Of a stretch of 64,000 bases of DNA, positions 52,395-64,000 are shown piece after piece. Both the position numbers and the translations under genes were made by a program. Source of the stretch: Octopus vulgaris (Eukaryota); the NCBI GenBank assembly GCA_951406725.2, contig OX597833.1, forward strand, positions 39,928,001 through 39,992,000, given 5' to 3'. The number at the start of each line of letters is the position of its first letter. Positions within the stretch are counted from its first letter, which is position 1. Below the pieces are notes generated by a model, which saw nothing but the letters and a program-made list of their open reading frames with translations, was not told the origin of the DNA and ran no database searches.

Positions 52395-52810
52395 GCATAT
52401 ACACATGTATATGCTACCTAGCATATCACCCCCACCATCTAATCTATCCTCCTTAATGAGCCACTGCTATGTCTCTCACCTTACATCTTCTCTATGCTGA
52501 TATTTCCCATCAACCACACTTCATCTTTACTCACTACATTCACTTCTATCCCCCTCTCAATCCATTTATTACTCTCTCCTCACCCTCTTATGAAACTGCC
52601 CCTTCAATCCACTGATTGTACATTCTCTTATGCTAACCTTCTTGAGCCTTGAGAGTTTGCTGTGGCACCACATTACTACAATCTTTATCTTCTTCCCAGC
52701 TATTACAACTACCCCTTATGTATCACCTCTATGACAAGACATCTGTCGTTGTTCCTCTATCATAAATTAGCCTCTTAGCACCTAGCATGTAGCCACCTCC
52801 ACCGCCTTAA

Positions 52811-53032
52811 CCCTTTCATTACCAACCTGGTTGTAACCGGCTCTGGCTCTGTAGTACAAATGTCTAGTTTTCATAAGTTTTGAATTGAAATCTTCCACCA
52901 AACCTTAGTCACAATTAATGTTCCTAACACTAGCTGAATGATAACTAGGTTATTTTACTAAATCCTTTGTTAGATGTTAAATTAATTGAAAGAAACACGG
53001 AGGATCTCAAAATAAATACAGTAACGAAAGGA
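52811..53032. mobile_element. piggyBac-like MITE with TTAA target duplication
   Basis: TTAA-CCCTTTCATTAC...GTAACGAAAGGA-TTAA. Confidence 0.8.
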
Positions 53033-53059
53033 TTAAAACCCACATACAAACTTAGTCAT

Positions 53060-53295
53060 GGGGACTTTATCTCTTTTCTTTATCAGCCTTGCCAATTACA
53101 TAGTGACCTCAATAGTACTGTCACACAAAAAGCACCTTGCACACATTGTCAGGTGGTTGGCATTAGGAAGAGCATCAGGCCATAGATAACATGCCAAAGC
53201 TAAAGCAGGAACTTTGTGCAGTCCTGCAACTCAGCAGATGTTGTTAAACCACCCAACCCATGCTTGCATGGAAAATAGATATTAGATGATAATGG
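53060..53295 (+). mobile_element. degenerate family C element
   Basis: GTGGTTGGCATTAGGAAGAGCATC...CCAACCCATGCTTGCATGGAAA. Confidence 0.7.
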
Positions 53296-53387
53296 TACAT
53301 GACATCCTTGCTATATCTTCAGGTTATAGAGGGACATCCCAACTTCATGCTTCTTTTTCAGTTTTATGATTTACTGACAATATATAT

Positions 53388-54000
53388 ACCCGGCAAGCCA
53401 AGTGAGACCATAACCTCATGGACTGTGCCAGGGGTGTAACTAGCCCACTTAAGCGTACCATTCCTTCATTGGACACTAAACTCTGTTTGCGAAGAGCTGT
53501 TGAGGCAAGTGAAATTGAAATCGAAATCAAATTAGATGACTGGCATCCATGCTAGTGGAACACTAAGAGCACCATCCGAGCATGATCATTGCCAAAGTAG
53601 CTAACTGGCTTCCATGAAGTGGCACGTAAAAAGTACCATTCAAGTGTGATCGTTACCAGCATCGCCTTACTGGCACTTTTACCGGTAACATGCAAAAAAG
53701 CATTCGAGCAAGGTCGTTGCCAGTGCCACTGGACTGAATCCTATGCAGGTGGCTTGTAAAAAACACCATTTGAGCATGGCGGTTGCCAGTACCACCTGAC
53801 TGGCCCTCGTGTTGGTGGCACGTAAAAGCACCCATTAAACTCTCAGAGTGGTAGGCGTCATGAAGAGCATCCAGCTGTAGAAACTCTGCCAGATCAGATT
53901 GGAGCCTGGTGCAGCCATCTGGTTCACCAGTCCTCAGTCAAATCGTCCAACCCATGCCAGCATAGAAAGCGGACATTGATCGATGATGATGATGATGATA
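53388..54000 (+). mobile_element. long family C element with an internal approximately 65-bp tandem array and (GAT)n tail
   Basis: About five GGTGGCACGTAAAAGCACC...GTTGCCAG...ACTGG units precede the family C core and tail. Confidence 0.85.
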
Positions 54001-54698
54001 TGATTTAAATACAAACACATACACATGTTTCTTCACTGAGTAGCAACTAAATGTATGTGTGTGTATATACACACACATACACACAAACACACACATACAC
54101 AGATATATAGACACATACATTCATACTCACATGTTTGTACGCAGTGTAGTAACTAAGGGATGCATCAGATTTGGAGCATTTTTGTATTTACATTTGCCAA
54201 AGCAAACCATCAATACTTTGCTTCTGACATGCTAGATTCTACTGACATTTACAATATATATACATATATACATACATATATATATGTGCGTGTGTGTGTG
54301 TGTTTGGGAGTGTTATGTGTGCTATTTGAAAGAGTTTGTACAGGAGCTAATTAGATGACTATCAAACCATTTAGTGTCAAGTTAAGATATTTATTGAACA
54401 TAATCTGCAACATATCACTGTGGTATTTTGGTCAATGTCAGACCTCGTTAAGCAGTTGAAAATAATATTTTGATCCACTTAAGAAGATCTAAGTTTAACA
54501 GAAATACTATTATAATGTGTCACAAATTACTTATTATACATACATGTGTGTGTGTGTGTGTGTATACTTGTATAAATATACAAATACATTATTAATGAAA
54601 ATATTAGTGGCTGTCCAAAACACACATACACACATATATACACATACATATACATAATGTATATATATATGTATAATATATATATACACATATGTATT

Positions 54699-54745
<47 letters not shown>

Positions 54746-55572
54746 ACATATACATATATACTTACATATACATATATACGTACATATGTGTATGCATGAG
54801 CGCATCTGTGTGTATGTATCTATAATCGTTGTCTTCATCATCATTTAATGTCTATTTTCCATTCAGGAATGTGATGAACTATATACATATATGTATCTAT
54901 GTATGTATGCATGTATGCAAGTATGCAAGTACGTACATATTTATATATGTATATATGTATGTATGCATGTATGCAAGTACGTACGTATGTATGTATGCAT
55001 GCATGTATGTATGTATTTATGTATGTATGTATGTATGTATGTATGTATGTATGTATGTATAATCGTCGTCTTCATCATTATTTTATATCTGTTTTGTATG
55101 CTGGTATGGATTGAACTGTTTGACAAGAACTGATGAACCAGGGGAACTGTGTTGACGTTCAGTGTCTTCCTTCACTCACACATATGTGGCTGGATGGCCT
55201 TCCTAACACTAACTAAATTACAAAGAGCTGTGAGTGGTGTTTAGTAGCACCAGCACTAGTGAGGTTACCTAGAAACTCACAAAACAAGAACTCTCAACTG
55301 AATGGGTGGGGGTGTAATATTGAGGCAAGTGGCTTTATATAAAGCTATGAAAAGTTAAATTATGACAGCAGGACAACATATATATAATTATAATTACACA
55401 CACACATACACATAATAGTGTGTGTGTGTGTGTGTGTGTGTGTAAACTTGGAACCTAATGGATTACCAATTATAGTTCTTAGCTTACCTATTCATTTTGA
55501 TCACCAGTGAACTAAATCCCTCATATTCTTTGTCATTGCCCTTCAGAGCACTTAATATCAATTTCACTCAAT

Positions 55573-55890
55573 ATGGACAAACAATATCTTGGCATATCAT
55601 TCAAGGACATATCCATTCCATCTCAAAAAATTTTCCCCCTACTTTTACTTAGTAAAACAAATGAATTTATCAGAAGGATGAAATGGAGGGCCTTCTTCCA
55701 CGGTAATAGACACAAACTCAATGATAGTAACCTCAATAAATATAACCTTATATCCCTCAAAAATCGTCCTCACAACCCTCAGCTGGATAAATTCAAAGCT
55801 GACAACCTTAATATGATTAAGAACTTAAAATTCTCTAAATGTAAATCTTCATTCCAAAAACAGCTTTTGAAAACAATCAAATGGAATACT
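55573..55890 (+). pseudogene. Penelope-like element ORF N-terminus (truncated)
   Basis: SFKDISIPSQK...LLSKTNEFIRRMKWRAFF...MIKNLKFSKCKSSFQKQL resembles the KNIPIP...FIKRMRWKAFF N-terminal motif of Penelope-like RT ORFs. It ends at a SINE-tail fragment (55911-55965). Confidence 0.75.
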
Positions 55891-56513
55891 TCATCACCCA
55901 AAATGCACATGGCGGTGCCCCAGCATGACCACAGCTCATGAGCTGAAACTAGAATCAATCAATCATCTCTGATAAAACTGGAAATATATATTCACTTACT
56001 ATTGAGGAATATATTGGCTTTATTAGAAATAGATGTAATTCTAACTGCCAGAAAGACACTCAGCTCCTTCGATGATAAGCTTTGGTACTGAGCTGCTCTC
56101 AATAATAATAGCAGAAATTTCTTTGATATAACCATGGGCTCCTCTGATTCCACTCAGGTGACAGATCTGGTCAGACAGATATGCATGTATGTATGTATGT
56201 ATAATTGTTGTCTTCATCATTATTTCATATCTATTTTGTATGCTGGCATTAGTTGAACTGTTTGACAAGAACATGTCCCCCGTGTAGTGGGTGCTTTTTA
56301 TGCGCCACCAGCATGGATGCCAGTTACGTGACACTAGCATCGGCCATGACTACAGTTTCAAGTGGCTTGATGGGTCTTCTCAAGCACAACATATTTTCCA
56401 ATATTTGAAAAGTGATTTTTACATGCCAGTTACATGACACTGGCTTCAGCCATGACTACAATATATGTGTGTGTGTGTGTGTGCACACGTGTGTGTATGT
56501 GAGTGTGTGTGTA

Positions 56514-56926
56514 TGCAGGAGTGGCTGTGTGGTAAGTAGCTTGCTTACCAACCACATGGTTCCGAATTCAGTCTCACAGCGTGGAACCTTGGCATATGTC
56601 TTCTACTATAGCCTTGGGCTGACCAAAGCCTCGTGAGTGGATTTGGTAGATAGAAACTGAAAGAAGCCCGTCGTATATATGTATATGTATATATATGTGT
56701 GTGTGTGTGTGTGTGTTTGTGTCTGTGTTTGTCCCCCCAACATTGCTTGACAACCAATGCTGGTGTGTTTATGTCCCCGTAACTTAGCAGTTCGACAAAA
56801 GAGACTAATAGAATAAGTACTAGGCTTACAAAGAATAAGTCCTGTGGTCGATTTGCTCAACTAAAAGCGGTGCTCCAGCATGGCCACAGTCAAATGACTG
56901 AAACAAGTAAAAGTGTAAAGAGAGTG
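56514..56926 (+). mobile_element. SINE family B, full length
   Basis: Near-consensus copy. Confidence 0.92.
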
Positions 56927-57710
56927 TATATATATATACTCACACACAAACACACACACAGAGTCAGACAGACAGACAGACAGACAGAAAGGTGGGAGAC
57001 AGATTTATACAGATTGATACACATAAACTGGTAACTGGAAAATAACTTACTAAACTACTTTAGTGTATTATCGTTAGTACTTCTAAACAAGCATCCATGT
57101 GATATGTATTTAACATTTGAGTAATTCACTCTGAAAAAAAATGTAATAAAATTTATTCTTTCATGAATTGACATGAATTCAGTTAAAAGTCTTTTGAAAA
57201 GTAATAAAGATCAACACTGGATTTAATAGAAGTCTAATAAACAGAAATTTGTAGAGGTAAAATAAACGCCATACTTTTCTGGAATTAAATTCATTATAAA
57301 GTTTCTTAGTAAATTCCTAAAAAGTTGTTTGCTGTGAACTTTTTTCTTCAGCTAATCATAACTATGCACAAATTGTTAGATGTGTGTAGATGTATGAATA
57401 ACTGGCCATTAGAATACTTCTAAATGAAACATTATTAGGAATACAGAAATGAATATTTTTATAGGTGCAGGTATGACAGAGCGGTTAGAAGTTTGCTTCC
57501 TGATTGCAAAGTTCAGAGTTCAGGTCTTATGCACAATCGACCCTGCACAATCAACCCTGGCAGAATTCAAATTCAGAACATAACAACAGATAAAATGCCA
57601 CTAAACATTTTGCCCAGCATGCTAACAATTCTGCCAGCCTACCATCACCGTAATATAACAACAACAATGATGACGACGACAAAGACAACAACAACAACAA
57701 CAACAACAAC

Positions 57711-57743
<33 letters not shown>

Positions 57744-57770
57744 TGCTACAGCAAATATTCTGCTCAATAA

Positions 57771-58317
<547 letters not shown>

Positions 58318-59208
58318 ATGACAGAGTTGACCAATATCGACATTGGATAATGTGTTAGCATTATAAAAACAAACGCAAAGTTGATCATGACAAGATTTGA
58401 ACACAGAATAAAGTGTCAAGGAAAAATCCAGCAAAGTAGTTCTTTCAATGCTCTAATGATTCTGCCCATCCTCTACCACCACCACTAACAACAACAACAA
58501 CAACAACTACAGCAACAACAAAAGTAGTTGCAAGAAAACATAAAGCTTTTAGCATGTAGATTTAAATATCTTTTCTGTGCTTGCAAAAATAGGGAAAACA
58601 GTAAATAACAAATGAACTGAAGACCAATTAACAAAGTAGTTCCACTACAATATCTTAACATAAATGAATTATTACATTCATTATTGCTACTCCCACCACT
58701 ACCACCTATGCCACCACCAGTACTACCACATACACAAGGAATGTTTTATCTCCTGCTTTCACACACAACATACCTCATTCCCCATCTTCATGTTTTGATT
58801 TAAGTAGAAGGCACGGGTTGAGAAAGTTCTTTTGTCAACTAAATTGAGTTAAATTAACTTACTGTCCTGTAAGCCACTTTGAAAACACCTTATCTCACAG
58901 ATTAAATTTTATTTTGTTCAGTTTACAAAACCATACATCTATGCAAACACATATGTATCTACATACAGAGATACATGCATTCGTGTATACACGCTTTCGT
59001 ATGTACGTACATACATATACACTTTTACATACGAAAACACACATATAAAAACTATATAGTTATACTTGTAAGTACATGAGTATATATCTATATCTTTATA
59101 TACACTCACTCCATTCCCTTACATAAACATATGTGTACATGTTTGTGTGAGCAAGTGTGGTAAGCTGTATACATGTCTTCCACTCTCTCTCTCACTCTCT
59201 TTCTCTAA

Positions 59209-59253
<45 letters not shown>

Positions 59254-59286
59254 TTTCTCTCTGCATATATATGTATGTTTGTATGG

Positions 59287-59329
<43 letters not shown>

Positions 59330-59989
59330 TGCACACACATATATATATAAGTATATATGATGTGTGTATGTGTCTATATATAAATATATATATGTATTTA
59401 TATATATATATAGTTAATATATATATATTTATATACATGTATATATATATAAGTAATATATATACATATATATATATGTAATATATATGTGTGTGTCTAT
59501 AATATATGTATATAATATACATGTGTGTGTATGTCTGTGCATATGTGTAAAATTTGTGTGTGTGTACATTATATATCTATATGTACAAACATACACACTC
59601 ATACACAAACACACATATCTTCATATGAACATTGCTAAATGTACGTATGCGTGAATAATTGAGCATGTTAATGACTATGTGTGTCTGCATATGTTTGAAT
59701 TCCCAGAATGCAGTGTTTCCTCATTGATATGCAAGAACATTTATTACCATCCATAATTGGATTTTGTCTTTTCGATTTGCTTCGAGAATATTCTTGATGC
59801 TTCAGCTTAAATCTACAAACACCAAACAATACAAATATTTGAAATGTGTATATGTGTATGTATGTATGTAGATGTGTGTGTGTGTGTGTATGTGTGTATA
59901 AAAATACATACATATATACATACACACATACAACATATATATATATATATATATGTATATGTATATGTATATACATACACACATATATA

Positions 59990-60225
59990 TCATCATCTTC
60001 ATCATTTAATGTCCAATGTTCCATATGTGCATAGTTTGGATGCCGTTTATTTGAGGTAGAGTTTCTATGGCTTGATGCCCTTCCTGTTGCCAACCCACAA
60101 TTGTTTCCAAGTAAGGTAATATTTATTCAGGCAAGTTCTTACCAATATTGGAAACGAATGACACTGCTTGTGTGACGGTGATGCTCATTTACAACTATCA
60201 TGCAATGACAAGACAAGGAAACACA
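59990..60225 (-). mobile_element. family C-related element
   Basis: (CAT)n-TTTAATGTCC...GATGCCCTTCCTGTTGCCAACC. Confidence 0.65.
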
Positions 60226-60289
60226 AGCACATACTCACACACATACGTTTACACACACTCACACACGCATTCACATACATATACATATT

Positions 60290-61130
60290 TACCGATGTTT
60301 TAACATCATCTCCTTCAAAATAGTCACCTTGCACGGCAATACACTGGCCCCAGCATTCCTGCCACTTTTGGAATCTAAACTGGAAGTCGTTTTCCATGAG
60401 TTGAGGACCTTCTGTGTTCACTCTGGATCTCGACAATGGAATTAAATCGGTGACCTTTGAGCTGCATTTTTATCTTGGGGAAGAGATGGAAGTCCACAGG
60501 TGCTAAATCTGGGGAATAAAGTAGGTGCAGATGCGATACTATGTTGGTTTTGGCTAGAAACTCATGAGTGAGGAGCTTAGTAAGAATCCAGTTCTTCATG
60601 CTCCACAAACCTGGCTATTTTTACCGAATGTCCTCCCTCAAACACTTCAAAATGTCACAGTAGAACACTCAATTGATGGTCTAGCCCTGGGGGGAAGAAT
60701 TCTCTATGCACAATACCACATTTCTGAGGGTGACCTTTGTGGCAGGTCTTCCAGGTCGCTCATTGTCTTCCAGGGACATTCTTCCATTCTTAAAGCGCCC
60801 ATGCCACTCAAAGGATTGTGTATGACCTATTGCCTCATCTCCATAGGCTTGCTGAGGCATGTTCAATGTCTCTGTAGCAGACTGCCCAAGTTTAATACAA
60901 AATTTCACGCTGACTCTTTGTTCCAAAATCCTTTCCATAACAAGATCACAGACTACAGCATACACATGACCATAAAAACACAAATTTCAAAACTTGCAAA
61001 GTAAACACAATGATGTCACTCAGCACTCTGCATCATGAAGATCACTGCTAGCTCTCACTGCGCACACAACCATGTGCTGTTATCTGTTAGCATGCTACAG
61101 ACTTAGTCCAAGAACTTTGTGATATCAACT
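60290..61130 (-). mobile_element. mariner (DD34D-type) transposon, internally deleted
   Basis: MERILEQRVSVKFCIKLGQSATET...WHGRFKNGRMSLEDNERPGRPAT; YSPDLAPVDFHLFPKIK; WGQCIAVQGDYFEGD. Confidence 0.9.
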
Positions 61131-61469
61131 TTTGTGGATAAATGTAAGACAGTATTTACATTTTTATTAAAATATGCAACTGGTTTCAATAACTTTGAAA
61201 AGACAATTTAGTCATGCTGAAATAAAAGGAAAAATAAATTGAATCAAATTAAACTAAACTAATCTTTCATATCAATTCTGTTAGTTCATATGTGTGCCTC
61301 GCCCAGTAGATTCCTGTAAATTCATAATTCTTCTTTGTTATTTTTTATTTATTTTTTTAATTCATTTTTAGAGATTTAGTTACCCTGCTTGCAAATTGCC
61401 TACATTATATTTTTGCCTTGAGCCAATGCTCTTTTTGGATAATCTTTAATGAAATATATTTTAAATATG

Positions 61470-61601
61470 CAGGTACTTATTTTATCAGCCCTGAAAGGAT
61501 GAAAGGCAAAGTCAACCACAGTGGAATTTGAACTCAGAGCATAAAGATGGACAAAATGCTGCTAACCATTTTTCCCAGCATGCTAACAATTCTCCCAGCT
61601 T
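61470..61601 (-). mobile_element. SINE family A 5' part
   Basis: Reverse-complement match. Confidence 0.75.
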
Positions 61602-61659
61602 AAAAACAGCAGTCATAATAACAATCACAACAACAATAACCATAGCAGAAACATAACAA

Positions 61660-61985
61660 GGAGCACTCCATCGGTTATGACGATGAGGGTCCCAGCTGAT
61701 ACGATCAATGGAACAGCCTGCTCATGAAATTAACATGAAAGTGACAGAGGAATCTACAAACACGTATACCCCTAACATAGTTCTTGGGGAGATTCAGTAT
61801 GACACAGAATGTGACAAGGTTGGCTCTTTGAAATACAGGTACAACTCACATTTGCCAGCTGAGTAGACTGGAGCAATGTAAAAAGAAGTGTCTTGCTCAA
61901 GGACACAATGCATCACCGGGAATCGAACTCACGACCTTACAATCGTGAGCCGAATGCCTTAACCACTAAGCCATGCACCTTCACA
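61660..61985 (-). mobile_element. tRNA-head SINE family E, full length
   Basis: Minus strand: A box TGGCTTAGTGG, B box GAGTTCGATTCC, then GTGTCCTTGAGCAAGACACT and a non-tRNA body. Confidence 0.85.
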
Positions 61986-62162
61986 GAAACATAACAACAA
62001 CAACTGTAACAAAGTTTATGACAACAACCACAACAAAAATACTACAATAATAACAACAACAGCAACAAAAATAGGAACAACAGTGGCAAAAACATAAATA
62101 GCAATTGTCCCAGTAACAAAATACAAACAATAACAACAACCTCAACAGCAACATCAACAGTA

Positions 62163-62355
62163 GTGGAGGTGCAATGGCCCAGTGGTTAGGGCAGCGGACT
62201 CGTGGTCATAAGAACGCAGTTTTGATTCCCAGACCAGGCATTGTGAGTGTTTATTGAGCAAAAGCACCTAAGCTCCACGAGGCTCCTGAAGGGGTGGTGG
62301 GAGTGGTGAACCCCACTGTACTCTTTCACCACAATTTTCTCTCACTCTTTCTTCC
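62163..62355 (+). mobile_element. tRNA-head SINE family F, 5' part
   Basis: A box TGGCCCAGTGG and degenerate B box GTTTTGATTCC. Confidence 0.7.
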
Positions 62356-62647
62356 TACTTCTGCCACAAAGCAGAGGAACCATGGTGTAAACCACTATGG
62401 TGTGGTAAACTTTCAGACCCTAGTCTAGATTGCGAACCCTCTGTACCCCAGGATGGTTCAGCTCTCCACTCATTAAAAAGCTACCATTTACGGAATGAGG
62501 ATAACAATGTAGCTTTTGCACCCGTGCAACTGCCACTCTATGGCATGTGGCGGGTGGATCTTCAAGTTTCCACACGTATTCTTAGTAGCTTAGAGTAGGT
62601 TTGAATTAGAGATTATTCTTTGTGGCTAAATGCATGAGTCCTGATTG

Positions 62648-63088
62648 GAAGAAGAAGAAGAAGAAGAAGAAGAAGAAGAAGAAGAAGAAGAAGAAGAAGA
62701 AGAAGAAGAAGATGAAGAAGATGATGAAGAAGAAGATGATGAAGAAGATGGAGAAGATGAAGAAGATGATGAAGAAGATGAAGAAGAAAATGAAGATGAA
62801 GAAGATGAAGATGATGAAGAGGAGGAAGAAGATGATGAAGAAGAAGAGGAGGAAGAAGATGATGAAGAAGAAGAAGAAGAAGAAGAGAAGGAGGAGGAGG
62901 AGGAGGAGGAGAAGGAAGAGGAGAAGAAGAAGAAGAAGAAGAAGAAGAAGAAGAAGATGATGAAGAAGATGAAGAAGATGAAGAAGATGAAGATGATGAA
63001 GAGGAGGAGGAGAAGAAGAGAAGGAGGAGGAGGAGGAGAAGGAGGAGGAGGAAGAAGAAGAAGAAGAAGAAGAAGAAGAAGAAGAAGA
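62648..63088. repeat. (GAA)/(GAT)/(GGA) trinucleotide field
   Basis: Read directly. Confidence 0.95.
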
Positions 63089-63402
63089 CATCAACATTAG
63101 CAACAACAACAACAATAACTGCATCTGTTGCAACTGCAGCAATGACAACAACAGTAATAGCTGTTGTGACAACAATAATGAAAAAAAAAAACAACAGTTG
63201 AAAAAGTAACGAAAGCAACAATGTAAACAACAACAGCAATAATTATGGCTGTAGCACCAACAAAACAGAAATGACAACGGCTAAAACAACAACAACAACG
63301 ATAACTATCTCAGCAACATTGACAAGCAGTTATGCTAATTAAAATTCATTGGCTAAAGAATTTATATGATTGCCTATTAAATTGAGAAAGTACATATGTA
63401 TC

Positions 63403-63440
63403 AATAATGATAATGATAGTAATAATAATAATGATAATAA

Positions 63441-63472
<32 letters not shown>

Positions 63473-63511
63473 GATAATAATAATAATAATAATAATAATG
63501 ATGATAATAAC

Positions 63512-63580
<69 letters not shown>

Positions 63581-63632
63581 TAATAATAATAATAATAATA
63601 ATAATGATAATAACAATAATAATAATAATAAT

Positions 63633-63703
<71 letters not shown>

Positions 63704-63762
63704 GATAATAATAATAATAATAATAATAATGATAATAATTAATAATAATAACAATAATAATG

Positions 63763-63807
<45 letters not shown>

Positions 63808-63826
63808 TAATAATAATAATAATAAC

Positions 63827-63856
<30 letters not shown>
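63403..63856. repeat. approximately 450-bp (TAA)n microsatellite
   Basis: Read directly. Confidence 0.95.
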
Positions 63857-63857
<1 letters not shown>

Positions 63858-64000
63858 TCAACTACGTCAAATACAAGAACTCGATGATAATTATTCCAAA
63901 AACATAACTAAACGTTTAATATGAAATCTGATGGTAATTTTAAATATAACTTTACACACTCTCTCTCCCTCCTCTTTCTCTTGGTATACATATATATATG

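Noticed and set aside
61905-61985. Functional tRNA gene (also 62163-62235 and the SINE B heads)
   Set aside because: A and B boxes are present, but stems pair poorly and the sequence continues into multi-copy SINE bodies.
62606-63277. Acidic poly-E/D or poly-K protein
   Set aside because: This is a trinucleotide repeat open in several frames on both strands.

Overview
AT-rich, microsatellite-saturated animal DNA. The SINE families resemble, from memory, those of octopod cephalopods (Octopus spp.); this is recognition, not a database result. I find no intact host protein-coding gene, rRNA, tRNA gene or CRISPR array. Most ORF-track entries are translations of (TA)n/(CA)n/(TAA)n/(GATA)n/(GAA)n tracts or of SINE bodies. 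The window is a transposon graveyard. It holds about 20 copies of a tRNA-head SINE with a central microsatellite (family B here), about 14 copies of a second SINE (family A), and (GAT)n-tailed RTE-type elements. It also holds a pol-deleted Gypsy element with both LTRs and a 5-bp TSD, Tc1, maT and mariner relics, MITEs, CR1 and R4/Dong LINE 3' ends, several Penelope-like fragments, and a 23-bp minisatellite with a 161-bp higher-order period. Main highlights: a minimal type I hammerhead ribozyme motif at 45281-45338 (-), with a decayed homologue at about 29590-29640 and a fold-back relative at 10327-10544; repeated use of the SINE-B internal microsatellite as an insertion site; and a Penelope YIG motif whose codons appear to have seeded a (TA)n expansion. 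I cannot support a wholly new biological system. Family letters are my own labels, and most degenerate-repeat boundaries are approximate.
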